Shown here one piece after another: positions 1 to 17,961 of a stretch of DNA of 64,000 nucleotides. Source of the stretch: Macrostomum lignano (Eukaryota); contig NIVC01001981.1 of the NCBI GenBank assembly GCA_002269645.1, positions 124,001 through 188,000 on the forward strand, written 5' to 3'. Each line of letters opens with the position of its first letter. The stretch's first letter is position 1. Below the pieces are notes generated by a model. The model was given only the letters and a program-made list of their open reading frames with translations, was not told the origin of the DNA and searched no databases. The position numbers and the translations under genes are program-made.

Positions 1-1044
1 ACTGAAAGATCTGAGGTTCAAGCTGAAAGATCTGAGGTTCAAATTGAAAGATCTGAGGTTCAAACTGAAAGATCTGAGGTTCAAATTGAAAGATCTGAGG
101 TTCAAACTGAAAGATCTGAGGTTCAAACTGAAAGATCTGAGGTTCAAATTGAAAGATCTGAGGTTCAAACTGAAAGATCTGAGGTTCAAATTGAAAGATC
201 TGAGGTTCAAACTGAAAGATCTGAGGTTCCAACTGAAAGATCTGAGGTTCCAACTGAAAGATCTGAATGTTCCAACTGAAAGATCTGAGGTTCAAACTGA
301 AAGATCTGAGGTTCAAATTGAAAGATCTGAATGTTCCAACTGAAAGATCTGAATGTTCCAACTGAAAGATCTGAGGTTCAAACTGAAAGATCTGAGGTTC
401 AAACTGAAAGATCTGAGGTTCAAACTGAAAGATCTGAATGTTCCAACTGAAAGATCTGAGGTTCCAACTGAAAGATCTGAATGTTCCAACTAAAAGATCT
501 GAGGTTCCAACTGAAAGATCTGAATGTTCCAACTGAAAGATCTGAGGTTCAAACTGAAAGATCTGAGGTTCAAATTGAAAGATCTGAGGTTCAAACTGAA
601 AGATCTGAGGTTCAAACTGAAAGATCTGAGGTTCAAATTGAAAGATCTGAGGTTCAAACTGAAAGATCTGAGGTTCAAACTGAAAGATCTGAGGTTCAAA
701 TTGAAAGATCTGAGGTTCAAACTGAAAGATCTGAGGTTCAAACTGAAAGATCTGAGGTTCCAACTGAAGGATCTGAATGTTCCAACTGAAAGATCTGAGG
801 TTCCAACTGAAGGATCTGAATGTTCCAACTGAAAGATCTGAGGTTCAAACTGAAAGATCTGAGGTTCCAACTGAAAGATCTGAGGTTCCAACTGAAAGAT
901 CTGAGGTTCAAACTGAAAGATCTGAGGTTCCAACTGAAGGATCTGAATGTTCCAACTGAAAGATCTGAGGTTCAAACTGAAAGATCTGAGGTTCCAACTG
1001 AAAGATCTGAGGTTCCAACTGAAGGATCTGAATGTTCCAACTGA
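1..1044. repeat. 21-bp minisatellite (ACTGAAAGATCTGAGGTTCAA, about 49 units, some 22-bp variants) in a PI4K2 intron; runs off the window edge
   Basis: Direct periodicity; explains the LKDLRFK/TERSEVQ ORFs. Confidence 0.97.
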
Positions 1045-1108
1045 ATCAGAGGTTACATAAAACTCAACATTCGATAAAGAAAATGAATATTCGAGAAAAA
1101 AGACTGAC

Positions 1109-2581
1109 CCCGTCAACATTTTTAACAAAATAGCTGCCGCTGCTACCCTGATAGATTCGCTCAGGATAGACGCCCGCCTCAATGGCTCTCTGAGCATCGG
1201 CAACCAGTCCGGCAAAGGCCGAATCGTCCGAATACGGCAGCCGGTGAGAATGCAAACACCGGTCGACGCTGTCTGTGTCGCTGTCCGAATTAGCGCTGTC
1301 GGTGGCCTGTAAATAGTTAGTAAGACACTTATCTGACTACTGAATAGCAGTTAAGATGGGATGTGCTAAAGTAATGTATGTCGACGAATTGCATCTGCTT
1401 TTGAGTGCCCAATTGACTTTTGAGAGTGCCCGATTCATTTTTGAGAGTGCCCAATTGACTTTTGAGAGTGCCCAATTCATTTTTGAGTGTCTAATTGACT
1501 TTTGAGAGTGCCCGATTCATTTTTGAGAGTGCCCGATTCATTTTTGAGAGTGCCCAATCCATTTTTGAGAGTGTCCAATTGACTTTTGAGAGTGCCCGAT
1601 TCATTTTTGAGAGTGCCCGATTCATTTTTGAGTGTCCAATTGACTTTTGAGAGTGCCCGATTCATTTTTGAGTGTCCAATTGACTTTTGAGAGTGCCCGA
1701 TTCATTTTTGAGTGTCCAATTGACTTTTGAGAGTGCCCGATTCATTTTTGAGTGTCCAATTGACTTTTGAGAGTGCCCGATTCATTTTTGAGTGTCCAAT
1801 TGACTTTTGAGAGTGCCCGATTCATTTTTGAGTGTCCAATTGACTTTTGAGAGTGCCCGATTCATTTTTGAGTGTCCAATTGACTTTTGAGAGTGCCCGA
1901 TTCATTTTTGAGTGTCCAATTGACTTTTGAGAGTGCCCGATTCATTTTTGAGAGTGTCCAATTGACTTTTGAGAGTGCCCGATTCATTTTTGAGAGTGTC
2001 CAATTGACTTTTGAGAGTGCCCGATTCATTTTTGAGTGTCCAATTGACTTTTGAGAGTGCTCGATCCATTTTTGAGTGTCCAATTGACTTTTGAGAGTGC
2101 CCGATTCATTTTTGAGTGTCCAATTGACTTTTGAGAGTGCCCGATTGATTTTTTTAATTGTGCCAAATTGATTTATGAGACGAATCGATTTTTTTACCTG
2201 CAGCAGAGGCGTATTCTCTCTATTAGACTGGTGATGGTGATGATGATGCGGCATTGTTGGACAATTATTAATTACAACTTTAACCGGCCTATCTAAAGGT
2301 CGATATTTGTTAGTTCTGTTGCTACTGTCGGTATTATTGTTGTTGTTTTTGCTAGTGCCGTTGTGACCTTGACTGGCCCTACAGCCATTGGCTTGAGGTG
2401 ACTGCTGCTGCTGCTGAACTGGTTTTGTTGCTGATGCGGAAGGAGACGGAGGCGGCGGCAGCAGGCGGTACAGAGCAAGCTGATCAGTGGAAGACGGCTG
2501 CCGCGACTGAGTTTGAGTATTAACAGCTGATGCAAATTCTATCAGGTCATCTAGGTCGGAGCCTGCGTCCCCAGATAGCAT
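1109..2581 (-). CDS. PI4K2: Phosphatidylinositol 4-kinase type II, 5' part: exons 2581-2198 and 1306-1109, continuing beyond the left edge
   Basis: Peptide [22 protein letters not shown] matches the PI4KII P-loop region. Donor CAG|GTAAAA (2197), acceptor TTTACAG|GCC (1306) and donor GGG|GTCAGT (1108) are all phase 0 and join in frame. The true start may lie in an upstream exon (see finding at 11155). Confidence 0.92.
1398..2150. repeat. 40-bp minisatellite (CAATTGACTTTTGAGAGTGCCCGATTCATTTTTGAGTGTC), a dimer of about 20-bp subunits, in a PI4K2 intron
   Basis: Direct 40-bp periodicity with 42-bp variants. Confidence 0.96.
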
Positions 2582-2983
2582 GAAGTTAGCTGAACCTCCT
2601 TGCCCACTTATTCAATGCCAACTGATGCACAGGTCTGGTGGCATTTGATTGATGTCTCAACAAACTCAACAAGCATGAATAACAAAGGATTAATGTACTG
2701 ATGTAGCTCCAAGGGCTACGGATTACTATAGCAACTGTTATAATAACAACTGCTCTTAAAGTTATGGCTATAGAAATATAGTGGTTTGAAGCATTTCCCA
2801 CAGATTTCTATAGTGTTTATTCTAATATTTTAACATATCACTCATTAACAATATCTCATTTATACATTACAAGCAGTTGAAACTCGCGGATTTTGAACCC
2901 GGGGAATTCCAATGCCCGAAACTATTTTTGCATGTACGAGCCTCGTATTCTGAAATCTGAGGCCATACAGGAACAAAAACTTT

Positions 2984-3148
2984 TTAATAGATAGTAGGAT
3001 AGAGGTGTTAATATAGTAGGATAGAGGTGTTATTAGATAGTAGGATAGAGGTGTTAATAGATAGTAGGATACAGGTGTTAATAGATAGTAGGATAGAGGT
3101 GTTAATAGATGGTAGGATAGAGGTGTTAATAGATGGTAGGATAGAGGT
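2984..3148. repeat. 24-bp tandem repeat (TAGATAGTAGGATAGAGGTGTTAA, about 7 units)
   Basis: Direct periodicity. Confidence 0.92.
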
Positions 3149-3334
3149 AAACATAAAATGGAGTAAACTTGTGTAAAATTAGGATTTGAGGCAAATATTT
3201 GATATTGTTCGCTGGGGTACTGCGCACAATGTCAGGCAGTGTCTGTCTGACTCTAAATTCTAAAACATGCATTGGCAAACTCTGGCCTCTGCCTCTGACT
3301 CTCCCTACGTCCCATGGATCCTTTAAAACTTCGA

Positions 3335-3670
3335 TCTTCTCTTCTGTTACCTCTGTCTCTCTCGTCCCTCGTCTCTCCTCTCTCCCTCTTCTCGTATCTT
3401 CCTTCATCTCTCTTCTATTTCATTTCTCTTCTTTTTCTCTCCTCTCCTCTCTCCCCCTCTTCTCTCGTCTCTTTTCTCACTTTTCTGCTCTCTTCCCTTT
3501 ACTCTTTCATTTCCCACTTCACTTCTATCCTCTCTGCTCTCTCCTCTCTCCTTTTATCTGCAGCTCTCTGCTCTCTCATCTCTACTCGTTCCTATTATAT
3601 TCTATATTTTCTCTTATTCCCTCTCTCGCCTCTCTTCTCTTTTCGAATCGTCATTCCTTCTTCTTTTTGC
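3335..3670. repeat. CT-rich low-complexity tract
   Basis: Almost purely pyrimidine on the + strand; produces spurious S/L/F-rich ORFs. Confidence 0.85.
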
Positions 3671-6420
3671 TCTCATCTGCCCCTCAGCCATGAGCTGGAT
3701 TCTTTATCTCGCCCTTGAGGTAAAATTCTGCCCATCCCTGCTTGGAAAGCCAGTTTGTGGGACGTAGTACTCTCATGCTTTTATCATGTCATCTTTCTTG
3801 CCAATTTGCAGCCCTGAAAGGAATTTGTGTATCTTCAGCTCCACTGCAGTCTGCATCAGGATCAGTCTAACAACCAAGGAAATACGCATTTCTTAGGAGG
3901 CCATTTAAGTTTTAAAAGGTACCTTTAAGAGAAACTTTAAATTTTAATGGTTTGACTAAGTTAGTAGGGTTGTATTGCATTGCATCGCCTTTTCATAAAT
4001 CTTTCGCTTTTACAAACCATGCTGGATTTCCTGCTTTTGACTTGCCAATTGCCATCCACTATTAAACTGTCCTTGGTCTGGGGGAATGAATCGGATGAGC
4101 GGCACAAACAAAAGAAAAAGCAGACAAACTCCATATGCTTACAGTTTATGTTCTGATTAAGTTACAGAGTTGAAACTTAACATTTAGACAGAGGATGAAT
4201 CAATGAAGAATTGTGTCAAGTTTGAAGTCAATCGCTTTACGTGGAGCAAACTTATGGCAGCCGAAAGTTAGTCAATTTACAACCCATTTTCCACATCTGG
4301 CCAGATAAAAGGGAAGGAGACAGACGCGGTGGTTGGGGTGAAGTGCAACAGCGCCGTTAAGGATTAACTTTGAGACTTGAAATTTCACACGATTGTGCCA
4401 AAATAGTTGAAGATTGATTGTATCGAATTTGAAGAGGATTGGTAAAACTGGAGCAGCGCTATGAAAGATTTAGTGAAAAAATCGCGCATTTTGAGCAGTT
4501 TTTGCACTTTTAGGTAGGAAGACTCTAATTTAGGAAATTTTAAGTTAGCCTAAGAAATTCTACATAGTGAGTTTAGGGTGGGTGCAAAATTTGGTGTCAG
4601 TTGGTTAAGTGGTTTGAGAGTCCATAGCAATCAAAATTGTACTAGACAGACAGACACACACACAGAGACAAAGTATTCATTTTCATGGGTATAGATACAA
4701 GAATAGCTAGGACTGCATTTAACACAACTTTAGTTCTTATCAATTCAACCACATGTGCATATGGCATAAAAAATCTTTGTTGCTTAAGCTCCTAACCCTA
4801 GGGACTTAAGAACTCTACCCTAGTGGGTAAAGGATAAGTGGGTTACTACATAGGTTCCCCCCAAGGGGTTGCAATGTGCTAGTCCATATACTAAAAATGG
4901 TTTGGTGGTATCTACGTATATGATCAATTTCAGAAAAAATGGCTCAACCAATTTTCTTCAAGCTTGCACCATTTGATCATTAATATCTAAAGCTCTTTTA
5001 GTTCTTTAAAGGTCTCAATTTTTGAGTGGCTAATATTATTAGATATGGGAAAAAACAGTTACTTTGCAGAGAAAAAATTAAACTAAAGCCAAGTTTTTCC
5101 ATTTAAATTAGAATGCAATAGTGCTATTTTAAAGAATTTAGGTATTAGAACTTTATGTAATTGAACATTTTTGTAACTGAGTAATAATAAACATGACACT
5201 TATTTTGTTATTATGTATATGTAAATGTCAAATGTAACAATAGAAAAAAGGTCTTTTTTGTTGCAGTGCAAAAGTAAAGGTCACATAATTTTGAAATTTT
5301 TGGTACATGATAATCAGATTTATAATATTTGGCATACTTTGCTAATACCTAAATTTCTGTTAAAAAAACTCTGGCATATACTGGACACCTTGCTGAAAAT
5401 GACACATACCATTAGAATGATTTCCATTTTATCTGCATGGCTCATTGACAAGACAGTTGCAAGGCTGCTACCTGATGATAATAATATTATAGGATTAGAA
5501 AACTTACTACAAATTAAAATTATAAACATTTATATTATAGACTTATTTTACTTTGGGTGCCACCAAATTTGTCAACCTTGCCATGCATTGTTACAGTTTC
5601 TATTTTTTATAAGCTATTGAAACCTACAGATTTTTAACCTAATAAATTCTAATAAATTCTAATTTTTTATGCATTTTGAAATCTAAAGTCATACTTAAAC
5701 TAAGCCTTATTAATGGTTGAAATAAACAAAACTTGGGATTAAAATTGAATTAAAGTGACCTACTTCACTTAAGAGATGCAATAAAGTGTAGTAAAACATG
5801 TATGTAGCATACAAACCATTATAGCCCAATAGACTCTTGATTTACTTATATATCTAAATACTCATCTAGGCTTATATACAATATGGTTTTATGTACATAG
5901 TATTAATTATCCAATTCATTTGATTTTAATTCATGTATGCACAATAGCATTTAGAATGTGCATTTATGAAGTTATGTTGAAGTCTTTGGCAATAGTTTGC
6001 TCATTGAATTACAGAAATTTGTATTATTGCATTAAGAAATAACTTTAGGAAAGTCTGTCTTGTTGTTGACAAATTTGCTTAGCTTGTTTTAACTATTGAC
6101 AAACTTGATTTCTTTCAATTTCTTAAATTTTGGGTCTATTGACAAATTAGAAGATGTTGATAAATTTGATATAACTTGTTTACTTGAAATCATAAATCAT
6201 AATTACAGTGTTTTATTTATTTAAAAGTGGTATTTCATTTTTACTTCTATAAAATATTATTATAATATTAAGCAAAGTTATGTTGTTATACTGCAATTAA
6301 ACCATAAGTAACAAACAAAATTATTTTTATGATACCTTATCTTTTGTAGGAATAGGAAGATAAGATAGGCCCCTAGCTATCTCATCAATATGAAATGTGG
6401 TTAAGATAGAAGTTCCCACA

Positions 6421-7206
6421 GGCTCATTCCATATAAGATGGACATATTTGGAAAATAGAAAAAAGTCAATATTTTTGCTTGCCATTGCCTAATTAGCCTA
6501 TTTTTTACCAAATGTTTATATTGTGCAATATATACAATCTAAGAATAAAGGAATGGTAAAATGTTGGATTAGTATGTTATCAATTGGCAAAAAGTCATTT
6601 TTGTAAAAATTTGGACATTTTTCGAAGCAAAAGACATCATTAAGATTTTGTACCTTTTAAAAACAAATAGAAAGCTTTTGAAGGTTGAAACAAACTATAG
6701 ATAAAAGTATAGTACTTGCATCATCAGATAAAAGCATTGGTGACCAAATAATCTATTATATTTTTAATGTATTAGTACATCAAAGTTACTGAATTGACAG
6801 AAAAAAATATGTTACGACCATAATGTTACGACCATAAGGCTGCCTTTTCTTTTGTATCTTTGTTGCCTTTTGAGTTTATATATTCTAATAAAAGAGTATG
6901 ATTTCTAAAGATGTTCTTAGTCAAATTTTAAAAAATGTATTGCAAAATATCAAAAATGAAAAATGTTATAAGACTTTTACCTTTTAGTTTCTATATGTCA
7001 AAAATCCTGTCGTTACGACCATAAGTGTCATTTAAGGTTTAATAGCATATATACTAATGATGATATCTATATGAAACTCTATAAATATATTCTAGACAAA
7101 ATAATCTTTCATTTAAAATATTGGTTTAGTATATTCTATTATTAGATTTCATTTTATAAGTAAAAATAACCTGTCATGTTACGACCATGCTTATATGGAA
7201 TGAGCC
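6421..7206. mobile_element. Non-autonomous TIR element (786 bp), 17-bp TIR GGCTCATTCCATATAAG, 4-bp TSD CACA
   Basis: Left GGCTCATTCCATATAAG at 6421; right CTTATATGGAATGAGCC ending 7206; CACA on both flanks; internal GTTACGACCAT motif four times. Confidence 0.82.
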
Positions 7207-8416
7207 CACAGCATATATAAATCAATAAATAAGATAGGCTATATCTTGTAGAAATAAGCAAAAAATAATTCCATAATAGGCCTACCAGTCCATAGCCGTC
7301 CATAGCCTATCAGCTCTTTATAGGAATAAGACTATAACTAGGGCCTATTCCTATGGTAACATAGGGATATGCATTGCCAAAGCATTAATGTCCATAATGT
7401 CAATGCATAAAATATGCTAAACAATTACCTTGTTATAATAATTTTAATTTAAAATAATGACAATAAATTGGTTTGATCAGATCAGGTAACACACTAAAAT
7501 ATTCTATAGTTGGTAGTGAAAAATTTTCAAATCAATGGTATAATGCTAATGTTTTGTTTTAATAATCTTTTAGAGCTACTTTTGAACAAGTGGGTTATAG
7601 CCTAGTGGTAAGAGCATTGTATTTATGATTAAAAGTTAAAAGTTCCAAATACTTCCAATTTTCCAACTTTTCTAAAACTTTTACTGGAGACTCTTCTTGT
7701 AAAGTAGAATAGAGTCTTGGAGGCTGTCTAAAATAATAATAAAGCAAAGAAAACTGCAAAAATATCTTCAAAGTTAACAGGAGCTCAATTTTTTAATCCC
7801 CTATGTTAGTTTTGAAGAATTGTATGTTTAAAAATAAACTTTTTAGAATAATGACCTAAAGGTAAATATTTTCCACAGTTTAAAAAATTCATTCTAAAAA
7901 CATTTAGAGGGTTAGATTTTACCTCCAATAAAAAGAGTGTCTATTCTAATTTTTCTTTACTCAGTTTGTTATAGTGCAATGAGTGCATGTCAATTTAGGC
8001 CTAGTTTTTAAAAAAATGCTGATTTCATGGTTTGCAACCACCCTCACCCCTGCTTTTAATTCGCTATCATTCTCTTATGGTTCTGAATAGCCTATATATT
8101 CTTTACTTCTTTAGGCCTACCTATACTTATTTCTACTAATTTGCATTGTCATCTCTATTCTAAAAGGTAACTACAGCTACTGATATCAATTAGGTTGATA
8201 AGATTAGACAAATTTTTTCTACATGGGGGTGTTTGATAACTTCCTGGATTTTAATTTAAGCTGAAATACAATTTTCCCTGGACACTTTTAGTCTCCAAAT
8301 TTATCTACCTAATCTAAAATAGACCCCCATGTCTTTATTGAAGTTTAGGTACATAAAATCAATCCCCGACCCCATGAAGATTTTCCCCACCCTAAAACCC
8401 TCCCATTCCCCATGCC

Positions 8417-8916
8417 CCATAGTCAGGAAGGTGGCTTCTGAGGGGGGAAATTCCCGGGCATACAAAGGGTCTTGGCGCACAAGCGCAGCACACACAAGGG
8501 GTCCTTGGCACACTTGGCGCACAATCATGGCACACACTGAGGTCCCTAGCGCATGTGGCGCATAAGGTCCCTGACATGCATGAAAATTGTAATGCAAATT
8601 AACAATTTTACATAAAATAAAGGAGATTTGTATAGTCTAGAAAGTCAGTGATAAACTTTTTGCTTCTTTAAAATTAACAGTAAATAAAATTAGTATAAAT
8701 TATCGCTAAAAACGTCAATTCTACATTATTCTATTTGTAGGTATATTTAAGTTTGTTAAAAATGAAAATATGCGTAACATTTAAAAAAGGCCTTTCTTAG
8801 AAAACTCTACTCGTGAAGAATGGCGCACAGACAGCGCACAAATGGCGCATAGATGGCGCACAAATCATCCCAAAAAAATTATTCCGGCGCATACTGTGCC
8901 ACCTTCCTGACTATGG
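8417..8916. mobile_element. MITE (500 bp), perfect 19-bp TIR CCATAGTCAGGAAGGTGGC, 8-bp TSD CCCATGCC
   Basis: TIRs at 8417 and 8898-8916; CCCATGCC at 8409-8416 and 8917-8924; subterminal GGCGCA(C) repeats. Confidence 0.92.
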
Positions 8917-9223
8917 CCCATGCCATGCCATGGTAGTTGGTTATTGCCCCCCCATTGGGTTTAGAATTGCCTACCTAATCTTCAATAGACCTCCATGCCT
9001 GCAATAGACCTACCTATTGAAGTTAAGGTAGGTAAAATCAATCCCCATGATGTTTCTCCCCACCGTAATACCTCTCCCATTCCTGGCATTCCTTTGGTTT
9101 ATTTTGCTTCACAATCCCCATGTAATTTTTTCATATAAATGATCATAGCTTGCTTGAAATAAACAAAAATCGTTAAACTGAGCTTATTTGTTACATTAGA
9201 AAAAACTGAATGGAATAGCCAAC

Positions 9224-9871
9224 CCATAGTCAGGAAGGTGGCAAGTGCATGCGGGAATCAATTTATGGAAAAATCCTTGGTGCACGTCAATGTACGCCAA
9301 TTTTTTAAAACCCTTAACATGACGTTTCTGTTGCATGCCAAAAATCTTGAATACCAAAAATCATGTACGCTGAAAATTGTGTATGCCGATACTATTTTTA
9401 AATAAATTTTCTACTTATGTTAAACAAAGTTTATATAAAAAAGGAAATTCGCTACAAAGAACATAGTAAGTATCAAAAACTTTTTCTTCACATTTCAAGA
9501 AACAAATAAACTAAAAGTCTACAAGAGTCACAAAATAAGAGCGTTTAAAAGTTATTGGATATTTTAATTTTAATGTAGGCTGTAGAGTGTAGGCCTGGCT
9601 GTAGGCTAGGCTGTAGCCTCAACTAGTTGGTTTAATCAATATTCAAATTCAATTGTTCACGTTTAACTTTATATATTGTATATATATAGTGTATACATCT
9701 ATATCTGACTTGTTGATATACTGTCAGTTTGTAATTGCACGCCAAGGTTACACGCCAAGTAAAAAACTTGTTGAGACCCCTATTTGCATGCCAACTTTGC
9801 ACGCCAAAATTTTTAGCGTGGCTTGTAAACGCGGGAAAATTCCTGCGTGTAGGCCACCTTCCTAAGTATGG
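9224..9871. mobile_element. MITE (648 bp) with the same TIR as 8417-8916 (2 mismatches on the right), 8-bp TSD TAGCCAAC
   Basis: TAGCCAAC at 9216-9223 and 9872-9879; the interior differs from the first element (ACGCCA motifs). Confidence 0.92.
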
Positions 9872-10131
9872 TAGCCAACAAATGGCTTCTTTCATGGCAT
9901 GGCAATAACAAGGATCCTATATATCTACTTTAGTTTATGATCATTTAAATGGAAGCAATATATGTAAATGATCATAAACTCAAGCTAGCGTGTGTGTAAG
10001 GGCCTTAGTGCATGAATTCAATTTCCAAAAATGAATCCAAGAAGATGATCCTATATAGGCCTATCCGCTTTGGTTTACTATCATTTAAATGGAAGAGATA
10101 TATATAAATGATCATGAACCAAAGCTAGCAT

Positions 10132-10516
10132 TAGAGGTCGGACGGGATCCCGATCCCGATCCCGAATCTTGGGATTCCGAGGAAAATTGAATTCCTGCGG
10201 GACTAGAATCCCGACCCTAAAAAACTCGGGATTCAGTAACAGGTCTTTTGATTAAAAATTTATAGAATTAGTGATTACTTGAAGGTATTTTGCTTTAACT
10301 TGTACTTGTTACATTATTTACTTTGTTGGTTACAAAACTTCATATCAATTTCGTTGTGTTTTACTTCTTGATTTTGACAATCTTTTCTCAATTTTGTTCA
10401 ACTTTACATGGACAATACACTAAAAGACCTGATCCCGATTCCCGATGCCGATCCCGAGAAAAAAATTATTCCCGATCCCGATCCTGCCCAAAGATTTCAA
10501 TCCTGTCCGACCTCTA
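10132..10516. mobile_element. hAT-type MITE, TIR TAGAGGTCGGAC(G/A)GG, TSD GCTAGC(A/G)T
   Basis: TAG...CTA ends, 7/8 TSD match, subterminal GATCCC repeats; a second copy lies at 35622-36045. Confidence 0.87.
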
Positions 10517-10994
10517 GCTAGCGTATGTATGTAACGGGGTTTTGGTGTTTTACAAGCTCTATCTGAAATCGATCACTATTCATTTAAATGATCGTAAACC
10601 AAAGTGGATATATAGGATCATCTTTGGATTCTTGGAACTGTGAAATGGATCACTATAGGCCTAACCCCTTCACCTTCTTTTTTCATTTGAACATGCAGCT
10701 AGTGTTATGATGGATAAATAAAAAGGATTGGAGTGCTTGTCTACTGTTTTTTGCATTTTGATGAAATAAACAACAATTGTGTATCTTCCCTATCTCTCCA
10801 ATGTGGATCGTCACTAATTTCAATGATCGTAAACTGAAGGAATGCCCCATTCCCTATGCCCTGGTGGTTGGCTTTAAGCTACGAAAAAATGAAGTTCAAA
10901 TTTAAAATCAGCACCATCAAAAACCCCGATATAGACAAAATTATGATCCTATTAAAACTACAACTATTTTATGTACCTAAAGTTCAAGAAGTCC

Positions 10995-11100
10995 ACCTTA
11001 GACTTGGAACAATTTGTGTCCTTGAGCAACACACATTACTCCGCATTGCTTCAGTTCACCTAGCTATAAAATGGGTACCAGTACCAGCATTAGCTAGGGT
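10995..11100 (+). mobile_element. Fragment of the CORE-type SINE (headless)
   Basis: GTGTCCTTGAGCAACACA...GCATTGCTTCAGTTCACCTAGCTATAAAATGGGTACC matches the body of the SINE at 62495-62744. Confidence 0.7.
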
Positions 11101-12695
11101 AATTATAGCTATATGTATGGCGACCCTATAAACATAAATAGTAAAGAATCTTACCGTCCATCACCATTCCGTCTGATGGGAGTCGAAAGTTCTCTTTTTC
11201 ATCAGCAACCAGCAGCGCCGCTCACAGAAAACAAGCAAGAAAGGTTAATTGAATTTTAATTCAATATAGGAAAGAATATTTATATTTAGCTAATAACAAT
11301 CTAAAAAGAATTTTTTGCTTTAACAAATTATATTAAAAACCTAAACATATTTCAAAAAATTAATTTGTTCCACTTTTTGTTATGTTTTATAAAAAATTGC
11401 AAAGTTAAGACCGTTCTACAGCTGTGTTATGCACATCGAAAATAAAGTTCCGATCCAAACACTGTAAAGCAAGCAATTCGACCGCATTCGAACACAGTAG
11501 ATTGAGCAGACGTAGTCGCAATTTTATTTTCATAGTGCTTAACAATGTTAGATGTTAGCATGTTATAGCAAAGGACTGCGTACATGTAATTTATTGCACA
11601 TAGAAAGTACAAAGAACATGTACCGGTACATAAACATGCAGTGAAATATTGCAAGTTATGTTCAAACATTATCTGCTTGCGGTGTTTATTCTTCATTATC
11701 ATCATTGGGCTGGAGATATTTCGCGACATGAGGGAAAATTTACTATTATGTATTTTACGTAATAAAATTGAAAGTAAAAATGAAGATGCTTTAACGTTCG
11801 GTGAAAGTTGGCTTGGGTGACTCTGGAGCATCACTGAATTTTATGACTAGCTTTAAATAATATTTAGAGTTTATTTTCATATAATATCAATTTCCACTGT
11901 ACAGCTTGGAATAGAAGAAATGGCAGTCACGTATCATAAATTGAAAGAAAGCAGAATTTTACAGAAACCCGAATCGGTCGGTCAAAAACATTATATAGCT
12001 AGATAGGAGATAACCTAGAATAAAATAGAAAATTATTTCTACAAAGCAGATTTTAATTTGGATATTTTTTAACAATAGGAAATATTTCATGCCGGACAAA
12101 ACATACAATAACAGTTCAGTTTGTAATTAAAAAATAAATGCATTTACAATGCACTAATATAACTACAGGTAAAAGTAAACGTTTGGTCACGCCCGTCACT
12201 CAGTGACGGCCATCCTAGGCATTGGAATTTCGGCGAGTCAATAAGATTAAATTTACAAAAATTGTCAAGAAGTTGAACGCAGGAATAAAATTGTCTGTAT
12301 AATACACTGCATAAATAATTGCAACAATTAATTAACTCAACAAGCGGAATATCAAGTAAAGCAGAGACCATGCACTATTGATCTTTGTTCAAACTGAACA
12401 TTATGCGAAGAAACGAGTAAATAATCAATTATCACCTTTATCACGCTTATAGTAGTAACGGCTGCTGTTTAATTTATAGAAAAGGGAATTAAATTCAAGT
12501 TAAAAATAAAGTGGGCAAAAAATAGACAGACAAAAATTGCGCAGTTCCAGGAATGCTGCAAGCAATTTAAAATTCCATGTACCAATTACGATTGATCCAA
12601 GTAGAGGGACGGGAAAGTTTGTTTCTTAGAAAATGTTTGAAGACTGAAGCTTCATTTTTTCAAAGATTCAAAGCAAAAAATGTGCAGCAAAAAGG

Positions 12696-17961
<5,266 letters not shown>

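Noticed and set aside
44-1215. LKDLRFK / TERSEVQ repeat ORFs
   Set aside because: Translations of the intronic 21-bp array of PI4K2.
3126-3718. S/L/F-rich or E/R-rich ORFs here and at 59077-59781
   Set aside because: Translations of CT/GA low-complexity tracts.
7585-7645. tRNA gene (TAGCCTAGTGGTAAGAGC)
   Set aside because: Only an A-box-like remnant; no cloverleaf or intact B box.
11168-11192. Hammerhead-like CTGATGG...GAAA
   Set aside because: The core deviates from CUGANGA and there is no stem II; other CTGANGA hits in the window also lacked a properly placed GAAA.
5225-12371. Assorted 60-135 aa ORFs in AT-rich DNA
   Set aside because: No recognisable motifs or splice support; several lie within MITEs.
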